DNA of 59,132 bases from an uncultured Methanosarcinales archaeon. Lineage in GTDB: Archaea; Nanobdellota; Nanobdellia; Woesearchaeales; CAYZNE01. Position numbers and translations under genes: made by a program. The stretch covers positions 1 through 59,132 of the forward strand of contig CAYONI010000002.1 of the NCBI GenBank assembly GCA_964405295.1, in the 5' to 3' direction. Positions 37,646 to 46,148 of the stretch are shown here, in pieces. Below the pieces are notes generated by a model. It was not told the origin of the DNA. It worked only from the letters and a program-made list of their open reading frames with translations, and ran no database searches. The first letter of the stretch is position 1, and each line of letters opens with the position of its first letter.

Positions 37646-38704
37646 TTAACTTGTCCAGGGACCTAACTCTTTTTTTAATGTTCCAATAATTGAATCATCA
37701 CTAGGGTTTCTTCTGTATCTCAATGCAAGATAATAACTTGCTAAATCTCCAATAAGAATTGCAGTATAGAATTTGGTGAAATCATTACTACCTTTAATAT
37801 CTAGTTCAGTAACTTCACAAGCTTTGCTAATAAGCTTTTTAGTTATTTCTATTCTCTTTAGCATTCTTCGTGGTTCTTTATCAGTTTTTAGAATGATGAC
37901 GTGATACTCGCTCATGTCTTCCATGTATTGGCATAACTCATTATGACATATTTCTGGAAAGTAATGCAGGTGTGCAGGCACTTTGCTGTTCTCATTAAAT
38001 TGAGTTTTCCATCTGTATGCGACACCCTTAAGATTTTTAGTTGAGTAAATTATTATTTTCTTTTTGTAGAGTTTTTTTGCCAATTCAATTCCCAGGCTTT
38101 CAAAATTCTTTTGCCCCAGAACTTTAATAAGAGAATTAATAAGTTGTGAATGGTCCTCGATAAATTTAAGTTTCTCAAGAACTCTTATTGTTGTAAAGTA
38201 AAGATAAGGAAGTGCCTGCCTTGGGTGAATTTTCCCAGGAATCTTAACTAACGGAACTCGATAGTTACTTGCGATCTCTGCAAGTTTTGCACCAGAAGTA
38301 ATAGCCATAACCCGAAGTTTTCTTCTTTGGGCATCTTTAAACATGCTAAGTGTTTCTTCTGTATTGCCAGAATAACTAACACAAATAACTAATGCGTTCT
38401 TGGAAATTAATCTAGGTAAATTGTAATCATTACCAATAATAATTCTTAGATTTGGATTTACTAATTCAAAATAATTTTTTATTACAATGCCTGCAATAAC
38501 TGAACCTCCCATTCCTGCAATAACGATTTCATCTATTGGTTCAGAGAAATTTGGGAATGCGATAGGTATTAATTCAGGAATTTTATATGCTTCTTGTATT
38601 TTATTAGTAATTTGTTTATAGAACTGTCTTACATCTTCTTTGTCATAAGGATAAAAATCATCAGGAAACTCTTCTTCTATTTGATCTTTTGTTTTGTCAG
38701 TCAT
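37646..38704 (-). CDS. Bifunctional phosphoglucose/phosphomannose isomerase
   Basis: GMGGS, SYSGNTEET, RWKTQFNENSK and PEICHNE. Confidence 0.92.
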   Translation of the reverse strand: MTDKTKDQIEEEFPDDFYPYDKEDVRQFYKQITNKIQEAYKIPELIPIAFPNFSEPIDEIVIAGMGGSVIAGIVIKNYFELVNPNLRIIIGNDYNLPRLISKNALVICVSYSGNTEETLSMFKDAQRRKLRVMAITSGAKLAEIASNYRVPLVKIPGKIHPRQALPYLYFTTIRVLEKLKFIEDHSQLINSLIKVLGQKNFESLGIELAKKLYKKKIIIYSTKNLKGVAYRWKTQFNENSKVPAHLHYFPEICHNELCQYMEDMSEYHVIILKTDKEPRRMLKRIEITKKLISKACEVTELDIKGSNDFTKFYTAILIGDLASYYLALRYRRNPSDDSIIGTLKKELGPWTS

Positions 38705-38800
38705 TTTAACACTTTTTAAACCCTTTATCTAGATACACAATAGCTATTTATATAGTTTGCTACTAATTAACTTTAAAAAGAAGCTAACAATACACTTATT

Positions 38801-40081
38801 ATGGTTAAAAAAATAAAAGTTTACGTAAAGACATATGGTTGCACCCTGAATCAATCAGATTCAGAAAGAATTAAAGGAGTTTTGAACACAGATAAAAACA
38901 TAGAAGTTGTAGAGTCATTAGATCAGTGTGATATTGAAATAATAAACAGTTGCACAGTGAAAAATACTGCAGAAGAAAAACTTTACAGAGAAATAAGAAA
39001 TGCAGAATCAAAAGGAAAGAAAGTTGTGGTTGCAGGTTGTGTTCCTCAAGCAGAAAAATCTTTGATAGGAAATAAATTAAGTAAATATTCCATAATTGGA
39101 CCTAATAATATAACAGATGTAACCAAAATTATTAAGAGAAAAGGAATTTTTCTACAAGATAAACACCCTATTAAAAAAATAAATCTTAAAACATTACCAA
39201 ACAATAAATTTGTTGCAATCATTCCAATAAGTGAAGGTTGTATTGGTTTATGTTCCTATTGTAAAACAAAGCAGGCCCGAGGAGAACTGAGCTCTTATGC
39301 AGAAAAAGATATTCTTGCTGTAGCTAAAAATGCAGTTAAAAGTGGTGTAAAAGAATTGTGGTTAACCGCACAAGATACATCTTGTTATGGTGTCGATATT
39401 AAAACTAATTTGGCTAAATTAGTAAAAAAAATAATTAAAATTAAAGGCGATTTTAAAATCAGAGTTGGAATGGGAAATCCAAACTCTTTTTTGAAGATTA
39501 TTGACGATTATTTGCCTTTATTTGAAAACAAAAAGTTATACAAATTCTTTCATGTGCCTGTTCAATCAGGATCAGATAAAGTTCTAAAAGATATGAATAG
39601 GTTTTATTCTATTAAGGATTTTAAAAAATTAATAACACTTATTAGAAAGAAAGTCAAAAACGCATTTATTGCAACAGATATAATTGTTGGATATCCTATT
39701 GAAGATGAAAAAGATTTTCAAAAGTCATTGAGTTTAATCAAGTGGTTGAAACCAGACATGCTAAACATTTCCAGAATGTGGTTACGACAAGGAACTCCTG
39801 CTCAAATTAAGCATAAGCAATTACCAACAAAACTTGTTAAAGAAAGATCTCAAAAAATGACAAAGTTATTTCATAAAATTTTAGATAAAAATAATACTAA
39901 ATGGAAAAACTGGCAAGGAAAAGTTATTATTACAGAGAAAGGTAAAAATAATTCTTGGATTGGTAAAAACGAATTTTACAAACAAGTTGTAATTAAATCA
40001 GATAAGCTCAAGCTTGGGGATGTAGTTGAATGTAGAGCTGTTTCTTTAGGTAGATTTGATATAGTTGCAGAATTAAATTAA
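38801..40081 (+). CDS. mtaB: tRNA t6A methylthiotransferase (MiaB-like radical SAM, archaeal/eukaryal e-MtaB type)
   Basis: TYGCTLN, NSCTVK, AGCVPQ, CIGLCSYC, PVQSGS and a TRAM-like C-terminus. Confidence 0.88.
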   Translation: MVKKIKVYVKTYGCTLNQSDSERIKGVLNTDKNIEVVESLDQCDIEIINSCTVKNTAEEKLYREIRNAESKGKKVVVAGCVPQAEKSLIGNKLSKYSIIGPNNITDVTKIIKRKGIFLQDKHPIKKINLKTLPNNKFVAIIPISEGCIGLCSYCKTKQARGELSSYAEKDILAVAKNAVKSGVKELWLTAQDTSCYGVDIKTNLAKLVKKIIKIKGDFKIRVGMGNPNSFLKIIDDYLPLFENKKLYKFFHVPVQSGSDKVLKDMNRFYSIKDFKKLITLIRKKVKNAFIATDIIVGYPIEDEKDFQKSLSLIKWLKPDMLNISRMWLRQGTPAQIKHKQLPTKLVKERSQKMTKLFHKILDKNNTKWKNWQGKVIITEKGKNNSWIGKNEFYKQVVIKSDKLKLGDVVECRAVSLGRFDIVAELN

Positions 40082-40476
40082 TTCTTTTTTTCTTCCTTTT
40101 TTCTAAACTTGTCGAAAGTTTCCATTAGATCAATAACATACTTTCCTTCTTCAAGTTTGTAAATTAATGGATGGTCTTTTTTGAAAAGATTGATGAGGTC
40201 AAGTTCATACTTGCCTGGTTTAAGAATGTTAATTGATTCAATATCAAGAACAATAGGTATTTCTTTGTCTATATCAGAACCCATTATGTCATAGATATCG
40301 CTTTCTATTTGTTCTTTTTCTCTAGAAGTAAGTTCTTCAACAACTTTTCTTTTTTTCTCAAGAGCCTCTTTCTTGATATAGAAAAACATTTTTCCGCCAC
40401 ACTCAGTGCAACCTTTTAGAATAACTTTTGTTCCGTCATCGTACACTTTTCCGCATTTAACACATTGGTGTGGCAT
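40078..40476 (-). CDS. oapC: Zn-ribbon protein (DUF2072, OapC)
   Basis: MPHQCVKCG...KGCTECGGKMF...ESINILKPGKYELDL. Confidence 0.88.
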   Translation of the reverse strand: MPHQCVKCGKVYDDGTKVILKGCTECGGKMFFYIKKEALEKKRKVVEELTSREKEQIESDIYDIMGSDIDKEIPIVLDIESINILKPGKYELDLINLFKKDHPLIYKLEEGKYVIDLMETFDKFRKKEEKKN

Positions 40477-40485
40477 TTTAGATAA

Positions 40486-40860
40486 TTATTTACGTCTTAT
40501 TTTTTTCTTTGCACCCATAGCAAAAAGTTGTATTTTCCCTGGATCTTGTTTTATCTCTTTAATTATTGTTGCAGGACCAATTATTGTAAATCCACTCTCT
40601 TCTCTGAACAAAATTTTCATTAGTCCTTTTTTGAATTTATTAACTTTTTTTGGTGTGATTGTTCCTATCTCAATTCCCTTGAATTTTTTATCAATAGATT
40701 CCATTGTTCTTCGGATAAGTTCTGCTTCTTCTTTGCTTTTGAGACGGCCTTCAAGAAGAACAATATTCTCATTTTTTACAATTCTTAAAAGTTTTTTAAC
40801 TCTCTGTTCAGAACTCAGTGGGTGTATTTCACTATGTGGTATAAACTGTAATGTTAACAT
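40486..40860 (-). CDS. oapB: DUF2073 family protein (OapB)
   Basis: IVLLEGRL...EEAELI..TM...FKGIEI...GFTIIGPA. Confidence 0.88.
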   Translation of the reverse strand: MLTLQFIPHSEIHPLSSEQRVKKLLRIVKNENIVLLEGRLKSKEEAELIRRTMESIDKKFKGIEIGTITPKKVNKFKKGLMKILFREESGFTIIGPATIIKEIKQDPGKIQLFAMGAKKKIRRK

Positions 40861-40874
40861 TTTTTCTCACTTCT

Positions 40875-41504
40875 CTATACTAATTTGAAAATTGCATCAT
40901 ATAATTCATCAATGTGTTTACCATATTTTGCACTGATTCCAAGCACTTCATATTGAGGAAATGCTGATTGTAATTTCTTCATTTTTGATTTCTTAAGATC
41001 TGTCTTATTGCCAACAACTAGAACAGGGATTTTTCTTGCCTGTAAGTTCCCAATGATAGTTATATTAACTTGGCTATATGGATCTATTGTGCTATCAAGA
41101 ACTACAATAACTGCATCCATTTCATCAAGCCATTTAATTGCATCAATAACTCCTTTAGTTGCTTCTTTAGCTCTCTCTTTAGCTTTCTTTTCCTTCAGAC
41201 CAGTTTTCAGAAATTCTTCGTAATCAATTTTAGTAGCAATACCTGGAGTATCAACAAGGTTGAATTTTAACTCTCTACCAGCTTTGTTCTTAATAACTAC
41301 TTCTTCTTTAACTTGAATTTCTCTTGTCTCGTGAGCCATGCTAGAAACACTGCCCATTTCTTCACCAAGCCAATCTTTACAGATTCTATTAGCTAAAGTT
41401 GTTTTTCCACCATTTGGAGGCCCGTAAAGACCTAATTTTATTTTTTTCTTTTTCTTGAATAAGCCTCTTATAAGCCTTTTAAAAAAGAATTTCAATCCTG
41501 CCAT
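40875..41504 (-). CDS. oapA: Era-like GTP-binding protein (OapA)
   Basis: GPPNGGKTT, HETR, DTPG, EATKGV and NKTD; gene order with DUF2073 and DUF2072. Confidence 0.9.
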   Translation of the reverse strand: MAGLKFFFKRLIRGLFKKKKKIKLGLYGPPNGGKTTLANRICKDWLGEEMGSVSSMAHETREIQVKEEVVIKNKAGRELKFNLVDTPGIATKIDYEEFLKTGLKEKKAKERAKEATKGVIDAIKWLDEMDAVIVVLDSTIDPYSQVNITIIGNLQARKIPVLVVGNKTDLKKSKMKKLQSAFPQYEVLGISAKYGKHIDELYDAIFKLV

Positions 41505-41652
41505 TTATTTCACTCTCATATTATTCTAATTATATGTCTAAACACTCATCCCCTTTGTATATGATATCAGTAATGTGGACTTTTATATACTTTTCTATTT
41601 ATTTTAAGCTGATTTTGAACTAATTTATATTATTGTATATGTTTAGCTTAAA

Positions 41653-41685
41653 ATGACCAAAAATTAATTTTAATAATTTTCGCAT
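41653..41685 (-). repeat. Hairpin-GGTCAT dispersed element
   Basis: Minus strand ATGCGAAAATTATTAAAATTAATTTTTGGTCAT; related copies at 1091-1113, 31543-31570, 33492-33522 and 53074-53098. Confidence 0.6.
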
Positions 41686-41688
41686 TCA

Positions 41689-42267
41689 TTATGCTGCAAG
41701 CATCAAAGGCAGAGAATACAGCATTAAAGCTATGATTCCTGCAATTATGTAGATGGTTTTGTTCCATGCCCAAACTTTCTGGCCATCAAATCTAGGTAGA
41801 GGCAGCATATTGAACACTGCAAGAACTGCATTTATGAAATAGATGTACTGAAATATCACAAAGCTAGAAACAAAGGTTAGGCTAAAAAAGATTATTGCAA
41901 CTATTATATTAGAGAAAGGACCGGCAAAAGCTATCATCCCATTTTTCTTGGGATCAATTCTGTTTTGACTTAGTATGTGAACTGCTCCGGGTGCAGCAAT
42001 TATAAAGCCAAAAAAGCTCAAAATAATTGTCATCCATAGCATTCCTTTGTTTGCTCTGAATTCTGCTATGTATTTGAATTTTTGTGCAACAAATTTATGA
42101 CTTACTTCATGGATTACAAAGCTAAGAGTCATTACTACAAACATAAGTGGTAGTATGGCCAGGATGTTAATGTTAAATCCTGCAAATAATATTGTGAATG
42201 CAATGCTCAACATTATATCTGCGTACAATAATTCTTTTAGTTCTATTCTCGAAAATTTTAGTTTCAT
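41689..42267 (-). CDS. Site-2 protease (peptidase M50)
   Basis: HEVSH, AAPGAV, AGPFSN and FNMLPLPRFDG. Confidence 0.92.
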   Translation of the reverse strand: MKLKFSRIELKELLYADIMLSIAFTILFAGFNINILAILPLMFVVMTLSFVIHEVSHKFVAQKFKYIAEFRANKGMLWMTIILSFFGFIIAAPGAVHILSQNRIDPKKNGMIAFAGPFSNIIVAIIFFSLTFVSSFVIFQYIYFINAVLAVFNMLPLPRFDGQKVWAWNKTIYIIAGIIALMLYSLPLMLAA

Positions 42268-42347
42268 TTTGTTAGCTCACCTTAGGGCAGTAAAAGTAGT
42301 AAACCTTTGAATAAACTTTATAAAAACCATTCCTTAATTTAAATGTT

Positions 42348-42479
42348 ATGGTTAAGTTCAATAAAAGGGCTGAAGGATCAGAAGCAATTATGGGTTATAA
42401 TGTTAAGTATATTCTGATTTTTTTAACATTTTTAATTTTATCTTATTTAATAGCTAAAGCAATTGGGATTATAGGTTAA
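42348..42479 (+). CDS. Micro class III-signal (pilin-like) peptide, 43 aa
   Basis: MVKFNKRA|EGSEAIMGYNVKYILIFLTFLILSYLIAKAIGIIG*; TATA-like TTTATAAA about 30 nt upstream; stop abuts the next ATG. Not in the ORF track. Confidence 0.7.
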   Translation: MVKFNKRAEGSEAIMGYNVKYILIFLTFLILSYLIAKAIGIIG

Positions 42480-43415
42480 ATGAAATTTAAAAACGCGATG
42501 GTAAAAAGGGAGTTGGTTGGTTGGATAATTTTTCTTGCTATTTTCATTTCAATAATTTTTGTTGTCACGATAATGGTAGAAAAGCAGAAAGCTGCAGCAG
42601 GAAATCTTGCTTGTCAAACACAAATGGCTGTTGCTGCAAAAGGAAATCCAATAGGTTTCAGTGCATGCCATTCCTATAGAATAGAATTTGATAAAGATGC
42701 TGCAATAAAATATGACATGTATCAGGATGATGCAGAGGTTTACAAGTATAAGTATTCTGATGTTCTAAATAAATTAAAAGTAAGAAGTCCTGAGCTAGAT
42801 GATTTAAAGATAAGTAAAAACGAAATAATTCCTGAAGAAATAATTTATTATATTCTTGCAGAAGAAATGAAGCTATGTGATTTAACTTATAATATTGGAA
42901 GTTTTAAGACAGGAACTTATTTTTATAATTATTCTTTTGACCCAAAACTCAATGTGTGTCAAGAGTGTGCAATTTTTTTATTTAAAGAAGATTTTTTTCC
43001 AAAAACACAAAATTTTGCAAGCTTTCAAAGAATTAGCGGATTTTTTCAAGATATCAGAGTTGATAAAGAAGTAAATATTAGTTACAGGGATTTTTTCAAC
43101 AATAAATATGATGATGACTCTTTCTTGTCAGGTGTTGCGGCCATAGAAACAAACAAGGTTTACAAAATCATTTATCAATTTCGTCCTGATTTCTCTAAGA
43201 TTGAAGGACTTGGCCTTCCATCGGGAATAACTGGTAATTTTGCATTTATTCCAGTGAATGATTTATGGGAAGCTTCTAAAAATGCAATTGATAAGCTTAA
43301 GCGAAATTATACTATTCATTTAGAATCAAGTAGTTTACAATTAATAGATTCTGAGAACAGTATTAATAATTGTGATCTTAATTTGCTTTTATTGCCAAAT
43401 GCAATTTTAATTTAA
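42480..43415 (+). CDS. Class III-signal (pilin-like) protein
   Basis: MKFKNA|MVKRELVGWIIFLAIFISIIFVV; paired Cys residues; AEEMKLC and CQEC. Confidence 0.7.
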   Translation: MKFKNAMVKRELVGWIIFLAIFISIIFVVTIMVEKQKAAAGNLACQTQMAVAAKGNPIGFSACHSYRIEFDKDAAIKYDMYQDDAEVYKYKYSDVLNKLKVRSPELDDLKISKNEIIPEEIIYYILAEEMKLCDLTYNIGSFKTGTYFYNYSFDPKLNVCQECAIFLFKEDFFPKTQNFASFQRISGFFQDIRVDKEVNISYRDFFNNKYDDDSFLSGVAAIETNKVYKIIYQFRPDFSKIEGLGLPSGITGNFAFIPVNDLWEASKNAIDKLKRNYTIHLESSSLQLIDSENSINNCDLNLLLLPNAILI

Positions 43416-43416
43416 A

Positions 43417-44445
43417 ATGAAAAAGACAAAAAAATTAATAAGGAATAAATCTGCACAATCATTAAAACTTGTTGTTCAATCAGTTATTCTTGTTGCTATC
43501 CTGGCTTCTTTAATATTTATCTTTAATCAATTAAGAGTTAAATCACAAACTGCTGTAGAAACGACAGAGTGTATTGCCTCAATTGAAGCACATGCTTCTT
43601 TTGTTGAAGCACAACTTGTTAAAACTGAAGTTATAGATGCTTCTACAGCCGGTATTGGGTCACTTTTTATAGATTCAACTGCAGATCCACCACCAATAAA
43701 GTGTGATACTAAGTTTATTAAGTCGAAATCAAAAACCAAAGAAAAAATGGAAGATGAAATAATATCTAGTGTTGTAAAAAATTGGTTTTTGTTTAAAGAG
43801 GGTAAAAAGGCATTTTATCCAGGCTTAGAAAAAAAGAATTTTTGTTTTGTTGCAGATGTAATAGAATTTAAAGAAATTCCTGAAATGGAATTGTATAGTG
43901 CAAGTATGAGGTTGCCTATGAACCAAATGTTAAAAACATATTCTGATTCTGAAACTGTTCTTGAGTATTTTGATGAATCTTGGAAAAACGATGATAGTAT
44001 ATTTGAAAGAAATTTTGGTTCTACATATAAAAGCTTTTTAGCATATTACCAAATTTATTATCCTGGAAAACTTTCCAGAGAAGAATTAGATGATAACGCA
44101 AAGATTAGTATTCTTCAAACTTATTTTCAGGATCATTCTTGGTTTAAAAAAGCTAATTTAGATCAATATGTTGGAACTTCACAAACGTCTCAAATGTTTG
44201 TTTTTAAAATTTTTCAATCTTTCCTTAATAATTTAGATGTTTCTTCTTTCAAAGCTCCTCCTGCAAACAATGTTCCTTACGCAGTAATATTTTTCCAAAC
44301 TCATGATTATCCTTCAAATCTTGCAACTATTGTTGGTGATGAATTTTATCCTTTTATATTCTCTGCAATCATGGTAATTCCTTACACAGAAGATGCAATG
44401 AGTCAAATTCAGTGCGATTATATGCCTGTTGAGTTTCAGAATTAG
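43417..44445 (+). CDS. Class III-signal (pilin-like) protein, probable paralog of 42480-43415
   Basis: RNKSA|QSLKLVVQSVILVAILASLIFIF; similar C-x2-S/Q...C-x-T/S...C layout. Confidence 0.72.
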   Translation: MKKTKKLIRNKSAQSLKLVVQSVILVAILASLIFIFNQLRVKSQTAVETTECIASIEAHASFVEAQLVKTEVIDASTAGIGSLFIDSTADPPPIKCDTKFIKSKSKTKEKMEDEIISSVVKNWFLFKEGKKAFYPGLEKKNFCFVADVIEFKEIPEMELYSASMRLPMNQMLKTYSDSETVLEYFDESWKNDDSIFERNFGSTYKSFLAYYQIYYPGKLSREELDDNAKISILQTYFQDHSWFKKANLDQYVGTSQTSQMFVFKIFQSFLNNLDVSSFKAPPANNVPYAVIFFQTHDYPSNLATIVGDEFYPFIFSAIMVIPYTEDAMSQIQCDYMPVEFQN

Positions 44446-44481
44446 AAATTTTTATAAGTAATAAAGTATAAGGTTGTTATT

Positions 44482-44622
44482 ATGTCAAAATTAAGATTTT
44501 CAAAAAAAGCCCAAGGCACTCTTGTATCTCAAGTTCCTGATTGGGTAATGATGGTTGCATTTTTGTTATTAGCAATCTTTATTGTTATTGTAATACAGCG
44601 TTTAATGGTTGCTTCAGTTTAG
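44482..44622 (+). CDS. Micro class III-signal (pilin-like) peptide, 46 aa
   Basis: MSKLRFSKKA|QGTLVSQVPDWVMMVAFLLLAIFIVIVIQRLMVASV*; TATA-like TTTATAA upstream. Not in the ORF track. Confidence 0.75.
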   Translation: MSKLRFSKKAQGTLVSQVPDWVMMVAFLLLAIFIVIVIQRLMVASV

Positions 44623-44636
44623 GTATTAGGTATAAG

Positions 44637-45488
44637 ATGAATAAGTTTACTATTTATAAAAATAACAAGAAAGCGTCTGAAGTAAATTTTTTAGCTATAG
44701 GAATATTGTTAGTTATAGGATTATTTGTTGGTTTTGCTGTTTATAATTATAGTAAGGACACTATTAGTTCTATCTTGTCAAGTATAAGTTTAGAGTTTAA
44801 ATCCTATTTTCCAGACAAATATGAATATACTCCTGACCAGTATGTTGATGAACATATTAAAGGTAATATTTATTCATACATTTATATTAATGGGAATGCA
44901 GATAGAAAAGTTACCACTGTTACAGATTTTAATGTAGGCTTAGGAACTACTTTTGCAGGATTTAAGGATGTTGTTTCTAGTGGTTGCAATCCTGGATCAG
45001 AATTTCCCGGTTCGCTAAGTAGAAGCGGATGCCATATTTTAATTGCAGAAGATGATTCTTGGCTTGGTGGAGGAGGAGATGATTGTGCAGCAAGTCTTTA
45101 TCGGCCTGATGTTAATGGGTTGATTTTTTATAATAAACCCCCTGTGGTTTCTGAAGATAAAAAACAATCAAAAGAAAAATTAAAAAAAAGTTGTCTTTCT
45201 GGTTATGGTTGTCAAAATGATGCCTTAAATTTACTTTACCATTTTTATGCTCAGGAAGATGAAGGTATTTTAACTAATGATTATTTTGATAAATCTCTTA
45301 TTTGTGGTTCACCAAGATTAGGAGTTTATATGTGGTTTAAGTGTGATTCTAGTTTCTCAAGTAAAGCTCCCGATAATAAAATTGAAATTTATGGAGAAAA
45401 AGATAAGCTTCAATACCAATGTCTGTGTGCTTCTAATGGAGATTTTTGTGCTTGGAGTCTCTTTGAAGAAGAAGCTAGTTCAACTTAA
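44637..45488 (+). CDS. Class III-signal (pilin-like) Cys-rich protein
   Basis: Start moved to ATG 44637: MNKFTIYKNNKKA|SEVNFLAIGILLVIGLFVGFAVY. Confidence 0.75.
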   Translation: MNKFTIYKNNKKASEVNFLAIGILLVIGLFVGFAVYNYSKDTISSILSSISLEFKSYFPDKYEYTPDQYVDEHIKGNIYSYIYINGNADRKVTTVTDFNVGLGTTFAGFKDVVSSGCNPGSEFPGSLSRSGCHILIAEDDSWLGGGGDDCAASLYRPDVNGLIFYNKPPVVSEDKKQSKEKLKKSCLSGYGCQNDALNLLYHFYAQEDEGILTNDYFDKSLICGSPRLGVYMWFKCDSSFSSKAPDNKIEIYGEKDKLQYQCLCASNGDFCAWSLFEEEASST

Positions 45489-45592
45489 ACAGCAATAATG
45501 TTCTCCTAAATAGCTTTGAAGAATACAATACATTTATATATAATAAATATAGAAATTTATATATTATCATTTTTAATTAATTCGAGGTGTAT

Positions 45593-45859
45593 ATGATGAA
45601 TAACGTAAAAGCGCAAGGTCTAAGTATGAGTACAATTATTATTGCAGCAATTTCCTTGTTAGTATTAGTTCTTCTTGCAACATTTTTACTTAAAGGAAGT
45701 GGGCAGTTTAGTGAAGGAACTGAGTGTGAAGCAATAGCTGAAGGTGCAGTTTGTGATACTAGTTGCTCAGAATTATCTGACTATGATGGTATAACTTATA
45801 TTGACAGGGGACAAACTACTTGCCCAGACGATTATACTTGTTGTGTTCCAGTAAATTAA
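45593..45859 (+). CDS. Small pilin-like protein with a six-Cys head (candidate major pilin)
   Basis: VKA|QGLSMSTIIIAAISLLVLVLL; own TATA-like element and SD GAGGTG; C-x8-C-x3-C-x18-C-x5-CC. Confidence 0.8.
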   Translation: MMNNVKAQGLSMSTIIIAAISLLVLVLLATFLLKGSGQFSEGTECEAIAEGAVCDTSCSELSDYDGITYIDRGQTTCPDDYTCCVPVN

Positions 45860-45884
45860 GTTTATATTTTTCGAGGTGTATAAC

Positions 45885-46145
45885 ATGGGAAATTGGAATA
45901 AAAAAGCTGTAAGTCTAACTTTTAACACAGTTATAATTGCAGTATTATCGATAATTGTTTTAGTGGTATTACTATATTTTTTGTTGAATTCTTCACAAGG
46001 TGCAAATGATGGAACTGCTTGCCCATTAAAAGGAGGAATTTGTTTAGATGAGTGTAGTGGAATATATGCAGATGATTCAATAGCTTATGAAGATGATTTA
46101 TGTCAAAATGATAAATATTGTTGTTTGCCAGGTTCAGGTGAGTAA
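45885..46145 (+). CDS. Small pilin-like protein with a six-Cys head
   Basis: NKKA|VSLTFNTVIIAVLSIIVLVVLL; SD GAGGTG; C-x6-C-x3-C-x15-C-x5-CC. Confidence 0.8.
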   Translation: MGNWNKKAVSLTFNTVIIAVLSIIVLVVLLYFLLNSSQGANDGTACPLKGGICLDECSGIYADDSIAYEDDLCQNDKYCCLPGSGE

Positions 46146-46148
46146 TTA

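Noticed and set aside
40406..40888. 160-aa plus-strand ORF, and the many other short overlapping ORFs in the track (e.g. 2158, 8734, 19131, 21695, 23439, 36991, 46219)
   Set aside because: They lie antisense to, or out of frame within, well-supported genes and have no motifs or RBS; treated as shadow ORFs.
41574..41583. TGTGGACTTT as a third copy of the ABC-operon operator
   Set aside because: Only one half-site matches and the TATA spacing is not preserved.
44541..44636. Cys-containing N-terminal extension of the 44541 ORF
   Set aside because: It overlaps the micro-pilin 44482-44622 in another frame, and the class III leader places the true start at 44637.
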